In this document: positions 21,682 through 31,006 of the stretch, one piece after another
Layout: each line of letters starts with the position of its first letter
Numbering within the stretch: the first letter of the stretch is position 1
NCBI GenBank assembly: GCA_965231145.1
Contig: OZ246420.1
Location: 600,001 to 632,000, forward strand
DNA from: Candidatus Saccharimonadota bacterium
Lineage (GTDB): Bacteria > Patescibacteriota > Gracilibacteria > Absconditabacterales > Absconditicoccaceae
DNA length: 32,000 nt
Direction of reading: 5' to 3'
Notes under the pieces: model-generated
Databases searched by the model: none
The model's input: only the letters and a program-made list of their open reading frames with translations
What the model was told of the DNA's origin: nothing
Program-made: the position numbers and the translations under genes

Positions 21682-21795
21682 TTAGAAGTTAAAAAATCCT
21701 TTATTATCCCAACCTGTATCAATAAACACATAGTTTTTTCGTACAAGACTAGAATAATCTCTTTTAATAAGCTCTATGAGTTGTTCTTGTTGCAT
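21682..21795 (-). pseudogene. Truncated copy of the APH gene 5' end (37 codons)
   Basis: MQQEQLIELIKRDYSSLVRKNYVFIDTGWDN.. compared with the intact MTKEQLIEIIQRDYPNLVRKDYVFIDTGWDN.. at 23547. It then diverges and stops at a TAA. Confidence 0.65.
21705..21795. repeat. Repeat copy A (about 91 bp) of the APH 5' coding end
   Basis: Aligns by eye with 23457-23547 at roughly 85-90% identity (tatcccaacc.gtatcaataaacacatagt.ttttcgtacaaga.tag.ataatctcttt...). Confidence 0.7.
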
Positions 21796-21817
21796 ATTAA
21801 TATACAGTTTTAAAAAA

Positions 21818-22336
21818 TTATTTTTCTAAATTATTCATTATATCTAATACTTTATAATAATGACTTTCTCATGCTAGTTTTACTAATTTCCAATTAGTAT
21901 TTTTAGCTATCTTTTCTTGGACCTCGCCAAAAGACCCTTCAGGGTCAGATTCATTTTGCATAAGAGCGACAGGGAACTCATAGTCTTGAAGAAAAGCATC
22001 TAGCTGTATGCTTAATTTTTCAGAGAAACGTAATGGCAAACCACAAATCAGGACAAATAATGGCTTGGTGATAATTTTTGAAATAGTTGATAAGAAAAGT
22101 AGGTTTCACACCGATTTACAAACAATTTTATATGGCTCTTCTGACTTCTCTACCCATGCTATTAATCTTTTCTCTTCTGCTCAAAAATCTATCATTTTAA
22201 GTTCTTCGTTCTCCCAATGATTATAGGTGATATATTCTGCGTTTTCTGCAATATTCTGCTCTTTTATGCTTGCACATATTTCTGAGCACCAAGGTTTGTT
22301 ACTAACGCTATTTCCTCCCAATACAAGTACACGCAT
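21818..22336 (-). CDS. Hypothetical protein, small alpha/beta-hydrolase-like (172 aa)
   Basis: 173 codons open with 3 TGA=Gly. MRVLVLGGNSVSNKPW.., ..IVCKSV[G]NLL (nucleophile-elbow-like), ..A[G]ESHYY. Confidence 0.45.
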
Positions 22337-22434
22337 CATTATTATTAAAAATATTAAACAATTGAGATCATACTAAACCAATTATGTACATCAAGCAAGT
22401 TTATATATCATAATAGTAATTCTTTTTTGATAAC

Positions 22435-22463
22435 AAAAAACGCACCCGAAAGTGCATTTTTTT
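22435..22463. terminator. Weak bidirectional terminator-like hairpin
   Basis: aaaaaac-gcac-ccgaaa-gtgc-attttttt. The GC stem is only 4 bp. Confidence 0.35.
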
Positions 22464-22674
22464 GGAGCGGATCGCCGAAAAAATTTCGAACAGACAAGAC
22501 TTTTAGTCCAAAGTACTGACTTGAGAACTATTATCTCTCTGGTATGATTATATAAGGCTGTTTTTGACCAAAACGGCAGTTTATTGGACAAATTAACTCC
22601 TCAACAGAAGAGATTTTACAAGATAAACTAGCTAATTTAAGAATGTTAGATCATTAAGAGAACGATATTTGAAC

Positions 22675-23547
22675 TTATAGAAAAGAAAACGCTTTTTTGA
22701 AACCTTGTAGATGCAAATCCACATCCTTCTTTTTTTCTATTGCATCTATTAAACCAAAGATATGCCTTCTTTTTTCATAAAAAAGAGACCTTTCTAGGAA
22801 ATTATCTGTTTTTATACCGGTATAGCAGCTGTACACTCCTTTAACGAAATCCTCTCCGTATTCCCACAATAGATCAAAATCCAAGGCAGAATCTGCTATT
22901 CTTGCGTCTGAAAAATCAATCACGCCAGATAACATGCGTGTATCTGGATCAAATATTATATTTTTACCTTGAATATCTCAGTGAGTTATGGTTTTATCTG
23001 GGTAATCAAAGTTTGCCAGATCAATTATATACTGATTTACAAGTACAATCTCCTCTACTGAAAAATATTGACTGCATGCATTTGCAAAATTAGTTTGCAG
23101 TTCACTAATCCATCAGCTCATATCCCCATTCTCTCCACTCTTATATCAGATCGATGCTAATTCTGACAACGGAATACCATGAAGTTGACTAAGAAATTTG
23201 CCCAATTGAACCTGTATACTCTTCTGATCAGTAGGTGATAACTTATTATACTCCTCCACCATAAAAAGGTTTCATTTCACAATTTCATAACCAACATATT
23301 CATATGTAGAAGAAATATACGAATACTGGGGAATAGAAAGCGTTACATATTTACCTACAAGAGACAAAAGCTCCTTCTCTTTTCTTAATACTCCCTTCAC
23401 ATACTCATTTCTTGGAAACCTGAAAACTATCTTATCGTCTAAGATAATAATTTGGTTATCCCAACCCGTATCAATAAACACATAGTCTTTTCGTACAAGA
23501 TTAGGATAATCTCTTTGGATAATCTCTATCAGCTGTTCTTTTGTCAT
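22675..23547 (-). CDS. Aminoglycoside/macrolide phosphotransferase-family (APH) kinase (290 aa; alternative start 23559)
   Basis: ..IVFRFPRNEY.., ..TITH[G]DIQGKNIIFD.., ..LSGVIDFSDARIADSALDF... Track ORFs 22675-22935 and 23272-23559 join in one frame through 5 TGA=Gly. Confidence 0.85.
23457..23547. repeat. Repeat copy B (intact APH 5' coding end)
   Basis: Partner of 21705-21795. Confidence 0.7.
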
Positions 23548-23627
23548 GATAGTCGACACTATAGATAATAAGATATTTATTGCAATTATATCTAGATATT
23601 AAGTCCGTAAAAATATATAGTAGAGAT

Positions 23628-25271
23628 ATGCTGAAAGTATCTAATTTGACCAAATCTAACTGATCTACTGAGCTTTTTTATGAAGCTGATTTTAGTATTT
23701 CCGAATGAGTTAAGGTCGGTCTTGTTGGTCCTAACTGATCAGGGAAAAGCACATTACTAAAAATATTAGCTGGAATTGATAAAGATTATACAGGCTCAAT
23801 AAGCTTTAAAAATAAGAAAACTCGCATTGGATATATACAACAGGAACTTTATGTAGAAGATAATTGCAACATTATCGAGTTTCTGAAAAGGGAAACATGA
23901 ATATCTGCCTTGGAAGCTGACTTGAAAGCTGCTTATGAAAAGCTATCAGAAGATCCGAAGTCAAAAAAGCTCCTTAATAAAATTAGTGTTATTGAAGATG
24001 AATTAAATTTCTTAAACTACCATCAAATTGATAGTAAAATAGAAACTATTTTAGAGGGGTTGTGATTTGAAAGAGCATATTTTAGTAAAAAGGTGTCAGA
24101 TCTATCTTGATGACAAAAAAGAAGAGTATTATTGGCCCTGATTTTGATTAAGGGAATAGACCTCCTTTTATTAGACGAACCGACAAATGATTTAGATTAC
24201 TATGCAATTCAGTGGTTAAAGAACTACATCAAAACACTGAAACATACTACCGTAGTTATTGTGTCGCATAATAAAAATTTTCTAAACTATACAATATCTA
24301 AAGTACTTGCCATCAATACTCATACTAAAAAGATTGACATGTACACAGGCAATTACACAGACTATGAAAGAATCATGGAAGAAAACTTAATGAGAAAAGA
24401 GTGAGAATTCACCAAACAGGAGGAATATATCGAAGTGATACAAAAGAATATTGAAATCGCTCAAAATAAAGCTACTAGAACTCACTTTAAGATCCGTGAT
24501 AATGATAAATGATCTAGAAATAAGAAAAAAGATAACTGACAGAGAATACAATGACAGATTATTAAAAGACTTTCTTCGCAGTTAGAGAGATTAGATATGG
24601 AAAAGCCTTACAGAAAAAAACCACTTCACTTCCTTATAAAAACTGAAAAAATAGCAGATTGAAACATTATTATAGATAATTTTTCTTATGCTTATAAAGA
24701 TACATGATTTTGTATATCAATACCACATTTGGAAATAAAAGCATGACAGAAGATTGTGATCATTTGAAGAAATGGATCCGGCAAAAGCACTTTCATAAAA
24801 GCACTTCTTTGAGAGCTCAAAGATATGTCTAAAACAATTAATATACCAAGCAGTTTCGATATTTGATATCTTGGTCAGCAGTTAACTGCGAGTAGTGATG
24901 AAAATATGCTACTTCAGGATTATATATATAAATATAAGAATAAGTGCATAGTTCTAGAGGAGGAAATGCTGGAGAACGTACTTCAACAATTTGAACTTAA
25001 CCATCCCAAGAAAAAAGTTTCTGATCTCTCTCCTGGTCAAAAAATTAGAATGCAACTGGCAATATTCTACATAAATCAGAACAATCTACTTATTTTGGAT
25101 GAACCCACTAACCACTTAGACATGGAAGCTATTGAAGTGTTAGAAATTGCACTTCACGAATATAATTGAACACTAATAGTCGTAAGTCATGATGAAGATT
25201 TCATTAAGAATATTCAGCCTGATGCGATCTGCGTAATGAATGACTGAAAACTATCTAACAAAAGCACATAA
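23628..25271 (+). CDS. ABC-F family ATPase (two ABC domains, no TMD; 547 aa)
   Basis: GLVGPN[G]SGKSTLLKILAG, LS[GG]QKRRVLLA..LLLLDEPTNDLD, linker of about 75 aa, II[G]RNGSGKSTF, LSPGQKIRMQLA..LLILDEPTNHLD, VVSHD. About 20 TGA=Gly. Confidence 0.9.
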
Positions 25272-25297
25272 AGATCAAAAATCAGACGAACTTTGTA

Positions 25298-25325
25298 TTG
25301 ACTAATACGCTAGATAATCTATAGT
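25298..25325 (+). promoter_or_regulatory. Putative promoter upstream of the truncated ABC-F fragment
   Basis: TTGACT, N16, TATAGT. Confidence 0.4.
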
Positions 25326-25352
25326 ATAAATAGATAATTTATCTCAGTTTAG

Positions 25353-25589
25353 TTGATCTTAATACTAAAAGCGAAGGGGCTGGAGAAGTCATTTGGTTCA
25401 CAATTATTATTTAATGACGCTAGTCTTACTGTTTGAGATGCAGTAAAAGCAGGACTAGTGGGCATTAATGGTAGCGGAAAATCCTCGCTTTTAAAGATCT
25501 TAGCTGGTGAAGACAAAGACTACAAAGGAGAGATTTCATATGAAAATCTATGAACAAAAAACTGATGTATATATTGCAGAATGGCTTAA
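25353..25589 (+). pseudogene. Truncated ABC-F paralog (first 65 or so codons only)
   Basis: TTG start, then ILILKAKGLEKSFGSQLLFNDASLTV[G]DAVKAGLVGINGSGKSSLLKILAGEDKDYKGEISYENL. ABC-F similarity is lost near 25548 and the frame ends at a TAA at 25587. Confidence 0.65.
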
Positions 25590-26220
25590 TACCAATGGTT
25601 GGGTAAAAAAAGTTTGAAACAAAGAGTCTAAGGCGAATAATAACAAACTACGTGCTGTATGGAAAGACCCTTTCTATTATGGGAAACTAGTAGTTAAAAA
25701 TTATTCATCCGATCAGACAATAGATAATCCTCACTATAAACCTATGATTACGTTTGCTGAATATGAGCTCCTACAAAGTCGTATGGAAGGAAGCAAACCC
25801 AAAGACATTCAAAAGAAAAGAAAGGATGAACTACGATCGAAAGTTTTATCATACCAAACCCCTTCTACTCTTATTTGATTATGCAAGTTATTTGGGGAAT
25901 CTATTGCAGAAATAGAACATACATATCATAATCAATGATCTACATCATTAATTTTAAAAAATCCTAAAGAGGCAAAATATATCTATAGAACAAAGGAGAT
26001 TGCTGACTATTTATATGACCTTGATTGAACAACTATTAATACTGTATGAATGTATCTACATGAACAGATAGAATTAAACCATACTAATTGATTAGACAGG
26101 AAGAAAATGTATCAGGTAACTCAAAAACCTACTTATACAAATGCAAAAAACATTATAAAACATTACAGTCAGAACGACATTTTAGAAGTATTTTCTGATG
26201 AAATCACAGATAATATTTAG
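25540..26220 (+). CDS. ORF (226 aa) with an N-terminal large-serine-recombinase 'recombinase' domain-like segment and no catalytic domain; probable remnant
   Basis: ..IAEWLNTNGWV...LRAVWKDPFYYGKLVV....PHYKPMITFAEYELLQSRM.. resembles PF07508-type blocks. The rest is unassigned with HTH-like stretches. 227 codons open with 7 TGA=Gly. Confidence 0.45.
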
Positions 26221-26922
26221 CACTTCATCACCTTTATTATTTGCTTCCCATGCATGCTCTCAACCTTCAATAAGTCTGATCTCAGAATTCTTTATTTTTT
26301 CATGCAATAAAACACTCTGATGAAAATCAACGTTTTTATCTTTCGTTCAATGAATAATTAACACTGGATATTTAATACGAGATGCCTCTTTATAAGCATT
26401 ATTTTCTTGAATACTTGTCAGCAATATTGACGACAACTTAATAATTCTTTCTCAATATTTTCTTATTATATATCATTCTTCTTTCCATAGATTGATTTTT
26501 TGCTGTCCTAATGATGTAATTTCTTTTTCATACCAATCAGAAATAGGCGCTCTTAATATTAGAAATTTAATATCCTTATCTATATCTTTATCACATAATG
26601 TAACTAATCCTCACAAACTATTTGCTATGATTCCTATGTTTTTGTATTTTAACTTTGCAAATTGCACAATAGAATTAAGATCTTCAATACATTTATTTAT
26701 TGTTAGCTCTCATATATCACTATTAGAGTCTCAATGACCATAGAAATCAAAAGTAATCACATCAATTTTATCATTAGATATTTTTTTTGTTACAGCAACA
26801 TTCAATGAACTTCATTTGTGTCATAAGAATCAATGACATAATATAATAACATTCTTATTGTTATCACCATTTTTAAATATTTGATAGACTGTTTCTCTTC
26901 AATGATGATTAATGACTTCCAT
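26182..26922 (-). CDS. Alpha/beta hydrolase (246 aa)
   Basis: ..VIILCH[G]FL[G]HK.., ..TFDFYGH[G]DS.., ..IGIIANSL[G]GLV (nucleophile elbow), ..PVLIIH[G]TKDKNV.., ..IEG[G]EHAW. Absent from the track. Confidence 0.8.
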
Positions 26923-27071
26923 GCTATTTAGGAAATAAGAGATAAGAATATAATATATACGCATACAACAAGATTTTTCTAGCTATACTTTTTAGCTTGC
27001 CATTATCATTGCTATAACTATAATTTAGCTAAGACTATATTGACATATTATTTATATATATTCTCTTTACA

Positions 27072-28046
27072 ATGGCAAAATCTATATCTTTACTTTTTAA
27101 TAATGAGTCAGAGATACTAAGTCAATTTGAAGAGTTAAAAAATAATAAATTAAATGAATTATTAAGATTGGAAATTTTACGCACCATCTGAACATCTACG
27201 ATAATTAATTATATATTAAAAGAACTATCAAATATAGACTATCATACTTTCACTGAACAAATCTTACCAAATATTGTTATAAGCGGAGCGGGAATGATAA
27301 AAATCAAGCTTCTAACTCATCCGTTTGGTAAAATACGTTTACATATTTGGCCAAGCGATTCTCTACCTTTAATGTGAAAAAATCTATGAGGCAACTGTCA
27401 TATTCATGATTTTCAGGCATATTCTCATGTGCTTTCTTGAGAAATATACGAAGAAAGTTTTAAAGTTTATAAAATGACTGAAGAAGAAAATAAAATATAC
27501 TCAATCTTTTTAAAGAGAATTTTAGGACTTGATATTATCAAACAAGAAGATATTTCAAATATTCTAGAATGAATTTTTATTTGAAAAGAAACATCCAATC
27601 ATTTTATTGATATATTCTGCCATGAATTCAATATAAAGCCTTATATGCTTGCTCAACGACACACTTTTTTTACATGAGAAAGATATGTTAACACAGAAAA
27701 TAATCCTGTGGAATCCTTTCAAATTCATGGTAATTATAACTTCGAGCTTATATGAAAAAGAACTATTTTAGCATGAGAAGCATATTTCTTGCCGATAGAA
27801 CAATGACATAGAATTTATACAAATTGAGATACTATGACTTTTTTTGTAACTGACACTTCATATAAACATGGAGCAATTCCAGATAACGGACATACGTTAC
27901 TAAATGGTCATGGCAAAAGGTATCCTCGAAAGCAATTACTTTTAGAATCTAGAAATAGTGATTGATATAATCTAGAAAGTAATGTTATATATGAAACGGT
28001 TAAAAATATATGTAAGTCTACTCTAAAAAACCTAAACAATCTGTAA
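27072..28046 (+). CDS. Hypothetical protein (324 aa) with cupin / cysteine-dioxygenase-like His motifs
   Basis: 325 codons open with about 17 TGA=Gly. ..IRLHIWPSDS...CHIHDFQAYSHVLS[G]EIYE.. and ..A[G]EAYFLPIEQ[G]HRIY... Confidence 0.5.
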
Positions 28047-28276
28047 GTTAATTTGCAATTATACAAGTAAGGAAAGTTTTCCATGTGTATATTAAGCTTT
28101 TCTGAAGCGATAATGAAGTTATCAGCAATCTTACAGAAAGACAGCAGGTAATATATGGTCTAAGTGATTAACTACCCTACCTCATTGGTATAGCTTAGCG
28201 ATATAGGAACATATGTTGATATATGAAAGCAAGCAATTAAGCTATATGAGTCTTTTATAAGATCAGCATTATAGCT

Positions 28277-28993
28277 ATGGCAGTAGATATATCTAAATTC
28301 CTTAATCAAGAGGATGCAATAAAGTACATTATAGAAGAGATTAGATGATGAAGAACAAAGAATTACTGATATGACTTTCATCTACGTCAAACACTAGAGA
28401 AACGAGCATGAGAGAATACACTCAGAATAGGAGAAGAAAAATATAAGATCGTAGAATTAGCTTCTCCATTATTTTATGATGCTCTATGGGAATTATGTAG
28501 CATATGAGTTTTAAGACCTAGTATTAGAGTATTTAATACTCAGTCTACTGATGAATGAAGTGCTTGAAATGGGTATGCAATTACTGCTTTTTGAAAGACA
28601 TGGCTATCAGAGATTGACTTGAAAAAATTTATACCAATGGATCCATCTAGATTTGGCGAAATGCTTGAGCCATATGGCAAGAAATTTGGTCTATGATTTC
28701 AACAAAGAGCTAATCAAGCTATACTCTGTTATAATTGTCATGCCTATTTAGCTTGCTGTGTTATGTGCGGTGCAGCCGCAGAGTCAATTCTGTTACACTT
28801 AGCGATTCAAAAAGATGGCAATGAAGACAATATATTAAAAAAATATCGTGCTGGAAACGGCAGAAAAACAATAGAAGATTTCATATTACATAAATTAAAG
28901 TGATGAGCAACAAAAGAAACAGGAACAGATGAGAAGTTTGCAAAACCAGAGAAACATCATGGATGGCAAATACAAAGATTTCTTAACTGTTAA
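28277..28993 (+). CDS. Hypothetical protein (238 aa), no recognised domain
   Basis: 239 codons open with about 13 TGA=Gly. Contains a Cys/Ala-rich helix, ..CYNCHAYLACCVMCGAAAESILLHLAI... Confidence 0.5.
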
Positions 28994-29510
28994 TTTATGA
29001 GGGAGAAGAGATACTCAAGAAGAAAAAGCATATCAAGAGAAAAGAAATAAGCAACAAGCTATTCTTGATAGAATTGACAGAGATATAGATAAGCTCAAAA
29101 ATGACGATAGAAGTTATATTGATGAATTTGAAGCATTTATTGGCGTGTTTAGAAATGCCTCTGCCAGATTCAAAAAACTCACTTTTGTTCGAAAGAGAGA
29201 ATTTACTCAATTCTTCATTTCGAACATCAAAATTAACCGTTCTAAGAATATTCAGATAACCGTTTTCCCTTATGTTGAAGCCATTTTCAAAGACAAAAAT
29301 TCAAAAACAAAAAAATATCACCCGTGAGCGATATCTTTTGGAGCTCCTGAACCGCATGAATTCGAACAAATGTATAAAAACCTAGTTAATATACCTATTA
29401 TGCAGACTAGACAGCTTTTTAGTCTATATATTAAATATATTGCGAAAAATGATGAAATCACCAAGCATCTATCTAAAAAGCAATTGGTACTATATGGATT
29501 AAATGAATAA
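28929..29510 (+). CDS. ORF (193 aa) resembling the C-terminal coiled-coil/tail of large serine recombinases; probable remnant
   Basis: ..QQAILDRIDRDIDKLKNDDRSYIDEFEAFIGVF......REFTQFFISNIKINRSKNIQITVFPYV... The start is uncertain (frame open from 28899) and overlaps the previous gene. Confidence 0.35.
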
Positions 29511-29553
29511 ATATACACAAAATTTTCTATAGTTTACAGAGATACGAACAATT

Positions 29554-29940
29554 TTAATGTATTTTTTTAAGAATATCTCCTAAATCTTGTGGTCTGAATT
29601 CCACCTGGATAGTTTCCAGATTGAAAAAACCACAATCTATGACTTCTGTTCCAGAAACCTTTGATAAGTCAATATTATGAAATTCTTGAGTATTTTCGAT
29701 TTCATACCAGAAATCAATTGTAGTTTTATCTTCTCCAGTAAACTCATTTATATAAAGTAACTTTCAGATAACAGGTTCAATACCTACTTCTTCAAGAAAT
29801 TCTCTCTTAAGTGTTTCTTCTCTTGTTTCACCAGGTTCTAATGTACCACCTGGGAGGCATAAAAAAGAACCATCACCACATAAGAATACTTTATTAGTCC
29901 CCTTTTCAACGATTACTCCTCTAACTTTGATTTTAATCAT
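29554..29940 (-). CDS. NUDIX hydrolase (128 aa)
   Basis: Nudix box LPGGTLEPGETREETLKREFLEEVG. The ATG overlaps the upstream kinase stop (ATGATTAA). Confidence 0.85.
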
Positions 29941-31006
29941 GACTATCTAAGTAAGTATAAATATTGTCTCACAATGGTAAATCTATAATATTTATAGAAG
30001 TTTTAGATCGATCAAGTACTTTGATAATTATATTATACAACTTGTTTCTATCCTCAAGTTTATATTCAAGAATGTTTTTAATCCCTAAAAACCTATATAT
30101 AAGTCTAGAGGCGAATTCTTGTTTCCATTTCCAGTCTGGTTTCTTTTGCAACCCTATACCTATAAGAGTTATCATGAGTGTATTCTGGAACAAATGGAAT
30201 ATAGTATTTTGTTTATCAATATAGTCTTTCGGATCTTTCAATGTTCCAATAAATCATTTTCTATATATAGGGAATAAGTATGATGATTGGAGTGCTAAAT
30301 ATCGGTAATAAGTGGCAAAGTCAGAAAGAATAGGATTATATCAAACCGTAGCAGCATCAAAGAAGCATATACTTTGATAATTTCAATTCTTAATCTTTAT
30401 TGCATAATTCCAATCATGTATATCTCAATGATTTAAGGAGAATAGAGTTTCATTTATATCATATTCCATAAGTTCTAATATTTGCTTTTTATAGTTTGAA
30501 CTTACTTCTTTCATATCATTCAATAGACCTTCAAAATTTTCACCATAAAAACTATATAATCTTCAATTATCCTTCCTTGTTTCGTAAAGGACTCTTAAAG
30601 GGTAATTTTCAGATGAATTAAGATGGATTGAAGATTGGTGACCCTCTTTTAACTTGTCAAAAATCTGAGAATATACTTGCTCTACATATTCTACTGAAAA
30701 TGTAGGATTAGCTATAAATTCAGCTCAGGTTATTCGTCACTCATCTTTTCTCTTATATTCATAAACTAACAATACTTTACCTTCCATATGGAATTGTGCC
30801 TCAAGTTGAGGTAAATCAATCTTAGTTTTTGCATTATCTAAATTAACAGCTTCACTCTTTGCCTCCTCAGGAGAGAGCAATTTAAAAAAAACATCCTTTA
30901 GATGAAATTGTCATTTTCAGTAAATACTATTACTTGAATATACAATTTCCTCAATCTTTATGGAAGTAGCATTCTCTATGATTTCTTTAAGATATTCACT
31001 ATTCAT
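29933..31006 (-). CDS. Phosphotransferase-family (APH/ChoK-like) kinase (357 aa)
   Basis: ..LFSLNH[G]DIHDWNYAIKIKN[G]NYQSICFFDAA.. (Brenner HxDxxxxN plus D motif). 358 codons open with about 13 TGA=Gly. The ATG overlaps the upstream gene stop (ATGAATAG). Confidence 0.7.

Larger units (their letters stand above)
25353..29510. mobile_element. Probable degraded integrative element / recombination scar (recombinase fragments plus orphan cargo)
   Basis: A truncated ABC-F gene abuts a recombinase-domain ORF, and a second recombinase C-terminal-like ORF lies 3 kb downstream. No catalytic resolvase domain and no clear att repeats were found. Confidence 0.3.

Noticed and set aside
22463-22500. tRNA- or tmRNA-like 3' end (..gttcgaaatttt..ccgctcca on the minus strand)
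   Set aside because: No T-stem pairs around the TTCGAAA loop, no matching 5' acceptor strand, and no anticodon arm could be folded. It is not a tRNA. In particular, no tRNA-Gly(UCA) is present in this window.
22391-22591. Track ORF (66 aa, minus strand) in the APH-hydrolase intergenic region
   Set aside because: It runs through the terminator-like hairpin and the promoter region, has a TTG start, a basic low-complexity composition and no domain. It is most likely spurious.
25540-26220. Functional integrase marking an active mobile element
   Set aside because: No resolvase-type catalytic N-terminal domain (Ser nucleophile region) or zinc-ribbon region could be found in any frame nearby. It is treated as a remnant.
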